Source of the DNA: an uncultured Methanosarcinales archaeon
Lineage (GTDB): Archaea > Nanobdellota > Nanobdellia > Woesearchaeales > GW2011-AR9
Direction of reading: 5' to 3'
Assembly (NCBI GenBank): GCA_964368095.1
Contig: CAYIZT010000003.1
Span: forward strand, 1,257-37,957
DNA: 36,701 bases
Both the position numbers and the translations under genes were made by a program. The notes below the pieces were generated by a model. It saw nothing but the letters and a program-made list of their open reading frames with translations, was not told the origin of the DNA and searched no databases. Shown piece after piece: positions 7,952-17,300 of the stretch. Every line of letters starts with the position of its first letter. Position 1 is the stretch's first letter.

Positions 7952-8644
7952 ATGAATAATCTCAAGATTATCGGAACGTCGCATATTGCTAAGCAGAGTA
8001 TCGAGGAGATAAGGAAAACTGTTGAAGAATTCCAGCCGGATATCATCGCCGTCGAATTGGATCTGCCGAGAGCCGATGCGCTGATGCGGGAGAAGAAAAA
8101 CAAAATCTCGTTCCGCGACGCGGCAAAAATTGGGATGAAAGGTTATGTGTTCGTCAAAATCGGGCAGTATGTCCAGCAGAAATTAGGCAAAATTGTCGGC
8201 GTCGCTCCCGGCTCAGAAATGAAAGCTGCCTTGGAAATTGCTCGTGCTAAAAAGCTGCAGGTTGCCTTGATCGACCAGCCTATCGATATCACGCTCAAAA
8301 ATTTCTCGAAAGAACTTACCTGGAAAGAAAAAGGACGTTTCGTGCTGGAATTAGTAAAAGGACTAATTTTCCCTAAGAAACAGATAAAAAATTATGGTTT
8401 AGAAGACTTTGATATCAGAAAAGTTCCAGAACAACAAGTTATCGCTAAGATAATCAGCCAGATGAAGAAGCAGTATCCCAATGTATACAAAACCATTATC
8501 GGTGATAGGGACAAATATATGGTCAAACGTTTGGTCCAGCTATTACGTGAGAATCCTGACCAGAAAATAGTGGCAGTGGTCGGTGCTGGGCATAAAGAAG
8601 GCATGGAGAAATTGCTGTTGAAAGTAGATGTTGTAGGAGCATAA
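7952..8644 (+). CDS. TraB/PrgY (TIKI) family protein
   Basis: IIGTSH, PDIIAVELD, PGSEM, LIDQPIDITL, DRDKYM and AVVGAGH motifs. Confidence 0.93.
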   Translation: MNNLKIIGTSHIAKQSIEEIRKTVEEFQPDIIAVELDLPRADALMREKKNKISFRDAAKIGMKGYVFVKIGQYVQQKLGKIVGVAPGSEMKAALEIARAKKLQVALIDQPIDITLKNFSKELTWKEKGRFVLELVKGLIFPKKQIKNYGLEDFDIRKVPEQQVIAKIISQMKKQYPNVYKTIIGDRDKYMVKRLVQLLRENPDQKIVAVVGAGHKEGMEKLLLKVDVVGA

Positions 8645-8724
8645 TAGTTAATAATCCTTTACTTTACCTTTTAATTTTAACATCTTAATCTTAAAAAACA
8701 AAATTAGAAAATAGAGGTGGAACT

Positions 8725-9261
8725 ATGCCGCAATACGAAGCAAGATATGTTATTAACGCCCTGTTGTTTGATGCTGGAGATTTTATGCCCGATCCAGAAC
8801 CCCATAACAGAAGTTATATTTTTACTGCAGAAAATGATGCTGCAGCTAGTAAGATCGCATTAGATTACAGGCCCACTGTCGGAAAGGAATTTTTTGGTCC
8901 GGCTGTTTCTTTGGTCTCATTGGCCGAGAAGAGAGGGGTAGCGGTTTCAGACAAACCTAAATCATCAATGAAAGCGAAAAGATTGAGATTTAATGAACAG
9001 TTAGAAACTCTGGTTGATGAAAAAGGTGTTAAATATGAGGGAAGAAGATTTCGCACTATTTCAGCTGGGTCTACTCCTGAAGGATGCCATTCCTACGATT
9101 CTGCTGAAAGAGATGCTTTGTCTGAGTTAGAGGACGCAGTCATAAAAAATGGCGCGGATGCCTATGAAGTCATATCAACACATCAGGAGGATACACGACA
9201 AGAATATGATGCTTTCCCCTTCAGCATTAAGGTAACTGCACTCCTTTACAAGAGCCAGTAA
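8725..9261 (+). CDS. Hypothetical protein
   Basis: 178-aa ORF with a GAGGTGG RBS. No family recognised. Confidence 0.75.
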   Translation: MPQYEARYVINALLFDAGDFMPDPEPHNRSYIFTAENDAAASKIALDYRPTVGKEFFGPAVSLVSLAEKRGVAVSDKPKSSMKAKRLRFNEQLETLVDEKGVKYEGRRFRTISAGSTPEGCHSYDSAERDALSELEDAVIKNGADAYEVISTHQEDTRQEYDAFPFSIKVTALLYKSQ

Positions 9262-9262
9262 C

Positions 9263-9271
9263 CTTTATAAA
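9263..9271 (+). promoter_or_regulatory. TATA box of the RNase P RNA gene
   Basis: CTTTATAAA lies about 25 nt upstream of the P1 helix. Confidence 0.65.
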
Positions 9272-9291
9272 GTATCGACGGAAAAAAGGTA

Positions 9292-9613
9292 TTGGTAGTA
9301 GTGGCAGAAAGCCTCGGGTTAAGGAACCCAGGAAAGTCCGCCCACCTAAACAGGCCGCTTCCAGAAGGAAGATGGGGAAATCCCATGTAAATGGCTCAGA
9401 AACGAAACGTCCATAATCGAGGATGATTGAATGGCGAAGTGCGCTGAGAAGCGCATGAGTTAACCCCTTGACGTTGATTATGGGAGCGATGAAACGGCGA
9501 ATACCGGCTGGTGCAAGTCAGATTTGACGCATAGTAGAATGCTTTCACAGGCTATCGGCAATCACTCGATTGCTTTGGGCCTGACAAAAGGCGGCTTATG
9601 CCCACTCTACCAA
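9292..9613 (+). ncRNA. rnpB: Archaeal RNase P RNA
   Basis: P4 signature AGGAAAGTCCGCCC near the 5' end with ACAAAAGGCGGCTTAT near the 3' end. Internal CAGAAAC, TGAAACGGC and GTGCAAG. Terminal helix TTGGTAG..GTGG/CCAC..CTACCAA, followed by a T8 tract. Confidence 0.93.
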
Positions 9614-9800
9614 CTTTTTTTTAAGACAAAAATTGGATAAAAACCAATTGAGTAAAAACTGTATGCGACGGCATTCATTTTAGGGCAAATATCCCTATTT
9701 CTATCCCAAAATACCCAAGAAACAGAGCCTGTTCTTGCAGAAGTAAAAATCCGACCTAAATCTTTATAATTTAGCCCTTTATTTGAGATATAGAGTAAAA

Positions 9801-10475
9801 ATGTACACTGTGCTGAAAAACAACGAAGTTTTACCTAACGAAACTGAATTGATTAAATATATTCTTGAGGTATCTATACATAGCTGGAATGTACACTATT
9901 ACGAAGAGGCATTAGGAGAGAAGCCTACAGATCCAGAATTACCTCACGACATGAAAGGTAAATGGAATAGATTAGAACCCGTGGTGGTAACCAAAATAGC
10001 CCTTCAATTTCTTCCAGATGGAAACAAATTATATCATGACATAATCATGGAAGGCGTAAGACTTCACGGGCAACAGTATCATCACCAAATGTGGAAAAAT
10101 CCTTCTCTCGATGTTCCGGAAGATTCAAGAAAATTGAGTTCGGTTGATGCAATATGTTCAATGATAGAACCATTAGAGCATAGAAAATACCGAGGTGAAG
10201 TCCACACCTGGGAAAAAATAAAACAAAAGATTGCCGAAAGTGCATCTCATCAAATTCCCTGGATGGAATACGCTTACAGAGAAATGATAAAGATAGAACA
10301 ACCAAATCTAAAGGAAATTACTTCTTTTTCCAAAATTCCCAAAAAGGGAATAAGCCCAGAGATGCACGATGCTATCATAGACAGGGCATATGAAGCATTA
10401 CGTGAATTAGAGCGAATGTACGGCTACAAGTTCTACAAAAATTCCGAAAGATATATAATAGACATCTTAAAATAA
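9801..10475 (+). CDS. Hypothetical protein with an HD-like His/Asp pattern (putative metal-dependent phosphohydrolase)
   Basis: H..H, PHD, HGQQYHH and VDAICS spaced as in HD-like helical hydrolases. ATG 9801 preferred over TTG 9783. Confidence 0.5.
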   Translation: MYTVLKNNEVLPNETELIKYILEVSIHSWNVHYYEEALGEKPTDPELPHDMKGKWNRLEPVVVTKIALQFLPDGNKLYHDIIMEGVRLHGQQYHHQMWKNPSLDVPEDSRKLSSVDAICSMIEPLEHRKYRGEVHTWEKIKQKIAESASHQIPWMEYAYREMIKIEQPNLKEITSFSKIPKKGISPEMHDAIIDRAYEALRELERMYGYKFYKNSERYIIDILK

Positions 10476-10481
10476 ACCCCC

Positions 10482-10652
10482 ATGGCAGAGGACAAAATAC
10501 ACATTCCCTCCAGCGGCGGAGGATTGACCAGATTTAACGAAGATTCAGACACCAAGATAAAGCTATCTCCCGGGGCAGTCATCATTTTCTGCATCGTAGT
10601 AGTCATCATCATAACCTTACTCCATTACTTTGGGGGAAAATTCTTAGCTTAA
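10482..10652 (+). CDS. secG: Preprotein translocase subunit Sec61beta (archaeal SecG), not in the ORF track
   Basis: Own translation MAEDKIHIPSSGGGLTRFNEDSDTKIKLSPGAVIIFCIVVVIIITLLHYFGGKFLA shows the GL.RF..E...IK.SP motif plus one TM helix. Confidence 0.93.
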   Translation: MAEDKIHIPSSGGGLTRFNEDSDTKIKLSPGAVIIFCIVVVIIITLLHYFGGKFLA

Positions 10653-10654
10653 AA

Positions 10655-10996
10655 ATGCTACCCGGAATGAATCCTCGGAAAATGCAGCAGATGATGAAAC
10701 AGCTAGGGATTCAGCAAGTAGAGATCCCGGCTACCGAAGTCATCATCAAGACCAAAGACAAGACCCTTGTGATTACCAATCCTTCTGTCTCTAAAGTAAA
10801 TATGATGGGCCAGGAAAACTTCCAGATCTCAGGCGATGTGCATGAAGAAGAGGTTTCTTCAGTACCGGATATATCTGAAGAAGATATCCGGACGGTTATG
10901 GAACAGACCGGAGCAAGTAAGTTGACAGCAAAAAAAGCGATTGAAGATGCACACGGCGATCTGGCTGAAGCTATTTTAAATTTGAAAGATGAATAG
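10655..10996 (+). CDS. nac: Nascent polypeptide-associated complex protein
   Basis: MNPRKMQQMMKQLGI N-terminus and a UBA-like C-terminus EEDIRTVMEQTG..GDLAEAIL. Confidence 0.96.
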   Translation: MLPGMNPRKMQQMMKQLGIQQVEIPATEVIIKTKDKTLVITNPSVSKVNMMGQENFQISGDVHEEEVSSVPDISEEDIRTVMEQTGASKLTAKKAIEDAHGDLAEAILNLKDE

Positions 10997-11003
10997 ATAA
11001 AGA

Positions 11004-11456
11004 ATGGATACAAACCATAATTCTCCTCTCGCCAAAGCTCTTGATCACTACCAAACGGCCGAACATTTATTTTATGGGGCCCTGCCGCTGGCTAAGGATC
11101 CTAAACTTCTGCCGGGAATAGTAAAAAGCATCAGTAATTCTCTTGAACTAGTTTTAGAACAGCTTCTCATCACAGAAAAAATGGCTGTACCGGAAGGATT
11201 ACTGAAAAAAATCAATGCCGCACGTCCGTTTATCAAAAAGTATCATCTGTCAAATGAGGATGTCACTTTCATGCTCCGCATCCACGAGATCTTATACCAG
11301 CAAAAACAAAGCCCGGTTGAATTCAGGCGGGGAGACCGGCACATAATATGTTCTGCAGACTATGATCTGGAAATAGTTTCAGCCCAGGATGTGGAAGGAT
11401 TCTTGCAACATACTAAGAAAATTCTCCATTCACTCAAATCGCCTAAAAAGGGATAA
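11004..11456 (+). CDS. Hypothetical helical protein, probable paralogue of 11517..11984
   Basis: AEHLFY and VEFRR motifs are shared with the next gene. Confidence 0.75.
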   Translation: MDTNHNSPLAKALDHYQTAEHLFYGALPLAKDPKLLPGIVKSISNSLELVLEQLLITEKMAVPEGLLKKINAARPFIKKYHLSNEDVTFMLRIHEILYQQKQSPVEFRRGDRHIICSADYDLEIVSAQDVEGFLQHTKKILHSLKSPKKG

Positions 11457-11516
11457 AAAAGGGAAAATAATAAAAAGCAGCCTTCATTTAAGTGTTCTTC
11501 TTACGGAGATTTTGTA

Positions 11517-11984
11517 ATGAATGAGAATTTATTGGAAGCACGGGAAGAACTAAAACGGCTAGAACACATCATTTATGTCAGCCTGAAATACACCAGGACA
11601 GTAGATGTAATCACCAACGCCTTAAACCGCATGGTCAGCACCTGTGATTTTATTGTAGACGCCTTCCTCGATAAAGCTCTTGAAGACAAAACTTTAGATA
11701 GCATGCCAAAGAGTCCTGCACTGAAGGCAAAAAAACTTGCTGAATTGTATCCGGACGATCCATTCATTCAAAAAAATCTTAATTTTTACTTCTCTCTGCG
11801 GAACATCCTCAAATCACCCAACCAGAAAAGGCAGGAATTCCGCCGCCACGTCACGTTGATAGTAACTCTTGAAGAATCAACTGTAGAAGTGGAAATCGAT
11901 ACCTTGGTAAACTGTGAGAAATTCATCCATAACTTCCTAAACTACTCCCAAAAGCTGATTGACGGCATTGTCGAGGAAGATTGA
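11517..11984 (+). CDS. Hypothetical helical protein (HEPN-like topology inferred)
   Basis: AREELKRLEHIIYVSLKY and QEFRRH. GGAG RBS. Confidence 0.75.
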   Translation: MNENLLEAREELKRLEHIIYVSLKYTRTVDVITNALNRMVSTCDFIVDAFLDKALEDKTLDSMPKSPALKAKKLAELYPDDPFIQKNLNFYFSLRNILKSPNQKRQEFRRHVTLIVTLEESTVEVEIDTLVNCEKFIHNFLNYSQKLIDGIVEED

Positions 11985-12046
11985 GTCCTAGTTGATCTTT
12001 ATCTTAATTCATAACTTTTTTAAATAGTTTAGTTTAGGTAGTAAAA

Positions 12047-12394
12047 ATGATTGAAGACCTTGAGTTTGAAATGAGCGCGCATGTTATTGTAGGAAAATAT
12101 GAGCGCTGCGGTATACTAATACCCTGTGAAGATTTATCTCTGGAATTTACAAGTAGAGGTTTTTTTGTTAAAGAAAGGGAAGAACGTGTTCCAACATTAT
12201 ATAGATTTGCACGTGGCAAAATAGATGGTTATGAAGATTTTAGAAGAAAAATTTCTGCTAGAAGATTTGAACTCTTTACAGGTAAGGAAGAGATAATGGA
12301 TTTGAGAGAAGGAACGATATCATATATGCCTCTTACCCCTATTGATAAAAGATTTTTGTTTGACTTCTTAACACATAATAAAAAGTACCTTTGA
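12047..12394 (+). CDS. Hypothetical protein
   Basis: 115-aa ORF with an upstream TTTTAAATA TATA-like box. Confidence 0.65.
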   Translation: MIEDLEFEMSAHVIVGKYERCGILIPCEDLSLEFTSRGFFVKEREERVPTLYRFARGKIDGYEDFRRKISARRFELFTGKEEIMDLREGTISYMPLTPIDKRFLFDFLTHNKKYL

Positions 12395-12448
12395 CTACCT
12401 TTTTACCAACAGAATCTTTAAATAATCCTTTTCCCTTTAATCTAAAAC

Positions 12449-13159
12449 ATGACTAAGTTTATCGCATTGGTTTCTGGAAAAGGAGGGGTAGGCAAAACCA
12501 CCTGTACTTTAAACATAGGCCAAAGCTTGAGCAAGCTGGGTAAAGATGTGGTCCTCCTGGACGCAAATATAGTCACTCCTAATCTAGCTCTTCATCTTGG
12601 ACAGATGAATCCAGAAGGAACTTTGAACAAATTCCTGCGTAAAGAAAAAGGCCTGAAGGATATCATGTATCTGCACGAAAGCGGTATCTCTCTTATCCCC
12701 TCTTCTCCTTCGTTAAGCGAATACCAGCGGACCAATCCGCAGAAACTGCACAAAGTATTTGACCAATTAAAAAATGCAGCTGATTTTGTTCTGGTCGATG
12801 CGCCAAGCGGGCTGGGATATGATCTGTTGCAGATACTCAAAAATACCGATGAAGTATTAGTGGTTGTAAACCCCACTTTAAGTTCGGTGATGGATGGATT
12901 AAAAACGATCCAGCTGGCAAAAGAAAATAACAATATCGTCGCCGGCATAATCTTAAATATGACCCACGGCAAGGACGAACTAAAACCAGAAGAGATAGAG
13001 AGTATTTTAGAGCATCCTATCCTTGCCAACATCAAATATCACCGCAAGGTGCGTAAGGCGGCATATAAACAGATGCCATTGACCCATCTTTATCCAAGAT
13101 CAAAACCAGCCCGGGAATTCATGAAAATAGCGCAGCATCTGACTCTTGGCCACAGATAA
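12449..13159 (+). CDS. minD: MinD/ParA family ATPase (archaeal MinD)
   Basis: Deviant Walker A SGKGGVGKTT, LLDAN..TPNL and VLVDAPSG. Confidence 0.92.
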   Translation: MTKFIALVSGKGGVGKTTCTLNIGQSLSKLGKDVVLLDANIVTPNLALHLGQMNPEGTLNKFLRKEKGLKDIMYLHESGISLIPSSPSLSEYQRTNPQKLHKVFDQLKNAADFVLVDAPSGLGYDLLQILKNTDEVLVVVNPTLSSVMDGLKTIQLAKENNNIVAGIILNMTHGKDELKPEEIESILEHPILANIKYHRKVRKAAYKQMPLTHLYPRSKPAREFMKIAQHLTLGHR

Positions 13160-13173
13160 GCAGGTGATTAAAT

Positions 13174-13671
13174 TTGAAACCACAGAGAAAAGATGAGCTA
13201 AGGCGGAAGGGTTGGAGCGAAGAGGATCTGTATAAAGCGGAAGCGATCTTGGATCGGGCAACCAAACAAGATGTCTTCTTCTCAAAGATTGTTTTCTGGA
13301 GCGCTTTGGTAGTTATAGTGTTCGCTAACCTTCTCATCTCCATCATCTTAATCCCTTTCCTGATTACCCTGTACGACCTGATCTTGTATGCTATCGTGGC
13401 CGTTCTTGGTCTGGCAGTCGGCTTTCTATATAATTTCCTGATCACTGATATCGGCCTATTAGAAAAAAAACATCATCGCGCTGCCAGTATCATCATCCCC
13501 ATCATCGCGGTAGGCAATATGGCAGCGATGGTTCTTACTGCCAATCGTTTCATAGAAAATATACCTATCAATAATCAGCCACATAATCCATGGATGGTCG
13601 CTGCGGTATTTGCAGCAGCATTTATTTTACCGTATATTCTTGATCAGGTAAGAATGTTTTTTAAGAGATAA
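13174..13671 (+). CDS. Hypothetical membrane protein (about 4 TM helices)
   Basis: Hydrophobic helices. AGGTGA RBS before a TTG start, 14 nt after minD. Confidence 0.8.
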   Translation: MKPQRKDELRRKGWSEEDLYKAEAILDRATKQDVFFSKIVFWSALVVIVFANLLISIILIPFLITLYDLILYAIVAVLGLAVGFLYNFLITDIGLLEKKHHRAASIIIPIIAVGNMAAMVLTANRFIENIPINNQPHNPWMVAAVFAAAFILPYILDQVRMFFKR

Positions 13672-13695
13672 TTTATTTTTCTTAGATTCTTCGAT

Positions 13696-15276
13696 CTATT
13701 CTTCCAACAGGATCTTAACAATAGCAGCATAGGCCGGTCTTGCGACCAAGACGCCTACTGACATCCCTACGATAGTAGTAAGCGCAAATCCTTTCAATAA
13801 TCCTGCTCCTGCCCAGAATAGAGGTATAAGGCTGCCTAAATTTATCACATAAGCACCCATGATGATAAATAACGCATTCTTGATCCTGCTCTTCCAATCC
13901 AGCTCCTGTGCTTCTTTACGCAGAGTTTCATCTGTAATAACAATAAAATGGTTCATTCCTGTTCCTACCACCACTATCAATCCAGCGATAGAAGCCAAAT
14001 CTAGGTTCCATCCTGCTAAAGCAGCAAAACCTAAAATCAATATCATTTCACTAAGCATAACTAGCACCATCGGAAAAATAATCACAATTTTTCTATAACG
14101 GTATAAGACCACGCCGGAAACTGCGACTAAAGCAAGCAGGCCAACAAACATCACATTATGCAAAAACTCTTTCCCCAAAGAAGGAGAGATGGTATCGGTC
14201 TTTACTACTTCTAATTTTACCGGTAAACTTCCTGTAAGAAGGACAGTCTGAAGCTTTTTCATGTTCTTCAAGGCATCATTTACTCCATCGGCCTGAGTCA
14301 ATCCATTACCTGAGCCGGAAATTTGGATATCTGTAGTCGCGCTTCCTTTCAGTTCACAACCTACACGCAGCCGGTCGACTTCCACATCATCAAGATAAAG
14401 AGCTAAATCTTCACTTAAATAACAGCTGCCTGCTTCAGAGATGGTCCTTAAATTTTTAGTTATATCCGCATGATGCTGCGCTGCTTCCGGACTGAGAGAT
14501 ATCTGGAAAGCAAATCTACATTGATATCCTCCGTCGAATTTTTGGCAGCCAAAGCGAGGGTCGATCCCTGAACAATCTGCGCTTCGGCAGACATAAGTGA
14601 TATCTTTTTTCCCGCCGAAAAAAACAGTCTCATTTCCAATCTTTGCTTCAAACTTTCCCTGTTTTGCCAGCAATTCTTGTATCTCTTCTTCAGTAACCCC
14701 TGCTATTTCTATCAGGATAAAATCATTGCCTTCCAAATCAGATGCGCTGCGCACTAAAATATCGCGTAAACCATAAACATTCAGACGTTCCGTAAGGCTA
14801 TCTACGGTGGTTTCTAAATCCTCTTCAGAGATCTCTCCGTCAGGTTGTAATAATACCCTGGTCCCGCCTTCCAGATCCAATCCCATACGTAGATTAGAAA
14901 AGGAAGCTTCCTTAACTTTAACGCCTAAATCAACATTTCCTTTAGTGTCAGCAGAAGTAAGAACCGTATACATTTGGGTATTAGTTTTGATCCGTACGGT
15001 CCTGTTCGCATGAAGTTGTGATACCGCAGAATAGTATTCTTCAACGGTCGAAGTTTCTATGCCGTCAACAGAAAGGATACGTTCACGAGCGATAGGCTGA
15101 ACTTTAGCAGGAATGACTAAACCAGATTCAGCCAGGGGCGAAGTTGCCTGAAGAGAATATATCTCTACCCCTTCCGCTTTAAATATCTGCGGCCTGATCG
15201 CCAGCACTGAAGATAATAAAAATAGCATGAGCAGCAACACTCTCCAGTTCGTAAACATTTTTTTGATTCTACTCAT
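13696..15276 (-). CDS. secD: Protein-export membrane protein SecD
   Basis: GLDLEGG, RLNVYGL, GSLPV and ISPSLG motifs, five C-terminal TM helices, LKGFALTT. Confidence 0.95.
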   Translation of the reverse strand: MSRIKKMFTNWRVLLLMLFLLSSVLAIRPQIFKAEGVEIYSLQATSPLAESGLVIPAKVQPIARERILSVDGIETSTVEEYYSAVSQLHANRTVRIKTNTQMYTVLTSADTKGNVDLGVKVKEASFSNLRMGLDLEGGTRVLLQPDGEISEEDLETTVDSLTERLNVYGLRDILVRSASDLEGNDFILIEIAGVTEEEIQELLAKQGKFEAKIGNETVFFGGKKDITYVCRSADCSGIDPRFGCQKFDGGYQCRFAFQISLSPEAAQHHADITKNLRTISEAGSCYLSEDLALYLDDVEVDRLRVGCELKGSATTDIQISGSGNGLTQADGVNDALKNMKKLQTVLLTGSLPVKLEVVKTDTISPSLGKEFLHNVMFVGLLALVAVSGVVLYRYRKIVIIFPMVLVMLSEMILILGFAALAGWNLDLASIAGLIVVVGTGMNHFIVITDETLRKEAQELDWKSRIKNALFIIMGAYVINLGSLIPLFWAGAGLLKGFALTTIVGMSVGVLVARPAYAAIVKILLEE

Positions 15277-16175
15277 TTTTTGCTCATTTTTTTAGCGTGT
15301 TTCCTTTCCAGATGCCAGCGCAGTATACCTACGTTTTGGATCCAGGTCACAACAGTATCCACAATAAGTCCTATCAGCAGGATTAGCATGATCTGTTTAA
15401 CAATTTCACTTTGCACAAAAATCAAGGCTACGATCACTGCCACCAAAGTTGTCTGAGTCATGGTCCAACCGGTTTTCAATGCTCCATAGATCCGCTGCAA
15501 TTCAGTGCCGTCGTTACGTTTGATAAGTCTTGAAGAAATGACCACTTCACCATCAACGGAATAACCGATAAGCATGAGGAAAGCAGCAATGCCGGCAGGA
15601 TGCAATTTCATTCCAGTAAGATTAAACACGGCCAGCGTTATCACAATATCGCAAAAAGCAGCAAGGATAACCATCAGGCTGGTGATAAAAACCCGAAAAT
15701 AGATAATGACCATCATTCCCATCAACAAAAAAGAAAATATCAATGCGATCAGCATCTGCTTAAAAAAATTATTCCCTAACGAAGAGCCGACCACTTCAAC
15801 GCTGTAATCTGCTCTCTGTAAAGTGAACTTTTCTGAGAGGGCACTTATTAATTTGCTAATTTCTGTGTTATCTTGCAATCCTGAATCTATTGCGATTCCG
15901 GTAGTCTTTCCGGCAGAACTTAAAGTCCTTACGGTGATATCTGCTGCAGGGAATAGCTGCTGCAACAATTCTTCTACCTCGGCGGGAGAAGAGGAAATGC
16001 TTTTAGTGATGGTAATGGTCGAGCCGCCTTTCAGGGAAATCCCCTTATTCACAAAATCTCCGGTGGCTGCGTATTGTACGCTGATCTGCACCAGCGATAA
16101 GATCAAAAGCAAAAGCGGAAAAATCATCAGTAATTTATACTTCGTTTCGTAAATGTGCCTGATCTTCTGAAACAT
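15273..16175 (-). CDS. secF: Protein-export membrane protein SecF
   Basis: GISLKGG, VGSSLG and IAAFLMLIGYSVD. Overlaps secD by 4 nt. Confidence 0.95.
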   Translation of the reverse strand: MFQKIRHIYETKYKLLMIFPLLLLILSLVQISVQYAATGDFVNKGISLKGGSTITITKSISSSPAEVEELLQQLFPAADITVRTLSSAGKTTGIAIDSGLQDNTEISKLISALSEKFTLQRADYSVEVVGSSLGNNFFKQMLIALIFSFLLMGMMVIIYFRVFITSLMVILAAFCDIVITLAVFNLTGMKLHPAGIAAFLMLIGYSVDGEVVISSRLIKRNDGTELQRIYGALKTGWTMTQTTLVAVIVALIFVQSEIVKQIMLILLIGLIVDTVVTWIQNVGILRWHLERKHAKKMSKK

Positions 16176-16338
16176 GCTTTCTCGCTTCTAGGCTGATTTA
16201 TAAAGATTTTGCTGTTGCTAAAAGCATTAACGTGCAGCAAGACTTTTTTTAGTTCTTCGATAAACAAAGGATACCGGCTGTGTCCCCACAACATTTATAT
16301 ATTATCCTGTTATAATATATTTCATAAAAGGTGATTGT

Positions 16339-17283
16339 GTGAAACTTATCGAGCTGAAAGAGGTTAGCAAAAGCTTTGGCAAGAATGGCATTCTTCAAGA
16401 TGTAAGTATGATCATAGAGGAAGGAGATCTCTGGGGAATAATCGGCCGTTCCGGAAGCGGAAAATCTACTCTCCTTAATCTTATTGCCGGATTTCTTGAG
16501 CCGACCAGCGGCGAAGTCCTGCATTCATTCAAAGTAACCGAAGCTCCAAAAAGTTTACATGCAAATCTGCATAAGATCAAGGATCAAATCGGTTATGCTC
16601 CGCAACATAATTCTTTCTACCCGAAATTGACGGTGATGGAAAACCTGCTCCATTTCGGACAGCTCTACAATCTGCCAAAAGACATCTTACAAAATAATAT
16701 TAAGAGCTTGATGAAAGCCACCGAACTGATCGGACATGAAAATAAGCTAGCTGAATACCTTTCCGGCGGTATGCAGAAGAGATTAGACATCGCCTGCAGT
16801 TTGGTGCATAAACCTAGGATCCTGGTGCTGGACGAACCGACAGCCGATCTTGATCCCGTGCTGCAGAAAGATATAATGAATTTTCTTACCCAAGTCAACA
16901 AGCAAGGAGTTACTCTAGTTATCGCTTCACATCATCTGAATCTGATGGAAAAAGTATGCAATAAAGTTGCTATAGTCCACAATGGGAAAGTGCAAAGCAA
17001 TGGAAGTCTTGAAGAGATCCGCAGGCCGTTTCTGAAAGATAATTTCACCATCTCCCTGGTTCCCGGGGATGATAAAGAAAGGCTCATCTCTGTATTGAAG
17101 ACCTTGCCGATAGAAAAAATCATTGACCGGCAAAATCACATAATTATCCATCCAAAAAATATCGCCCAGACCATCACGGGCTTGCTTACCATGATCCAGG
17201 ACGAGAACTTATACCTGAATGACCTAAATATCAGCCGTCCTTCATTGGACGAAATATTTGAAAAAATCACCAAAATGAAATGA
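16339..17283 (+). CDS. ABC-2 type transporter ATP-binding protein
   Basis: GRSGSGKST, LSGGMQKR, LVLDEPT and the SHH switch. AGGTGA RBS. Confidence 0.96.
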   Translation: MKLIELKEVSKSFGKNGILQDVSMIIEEGDLWGIIGRSGSGKSTLLNLIAGFLEPTSGEVLHSFKVTEAPKSLHANLHKIKDQIGYAPQHNSFYPKLTVMENLLHFGQLYNLPKDILQNNIKSLMKATELIGHENKLAEYLSGGMQKRLDIACSLVHKPRILVLDEPTADLDPVLQKDIMNFLTQVNKQGVTLVIASHHLNLMEKVCNKVAIVHNGKVQSNGSLEEIRRPFLKDNFTISLVPGDDKERLISVLKTLPIEKIIDRQNHIIIHPKNIAQTITGLLTMIQDENLYLNDLNISRPSLDEIFEKITKMK

Positions 17284-17300
17284 ACGGTGGAAGAAAAAAT

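Noticed and set aside
7952..8644. TraB as evidence of conjugation
   Set aside because: The TraB/PrgY family is a common chromosomal archaeal protein, and no transfer genes are present.
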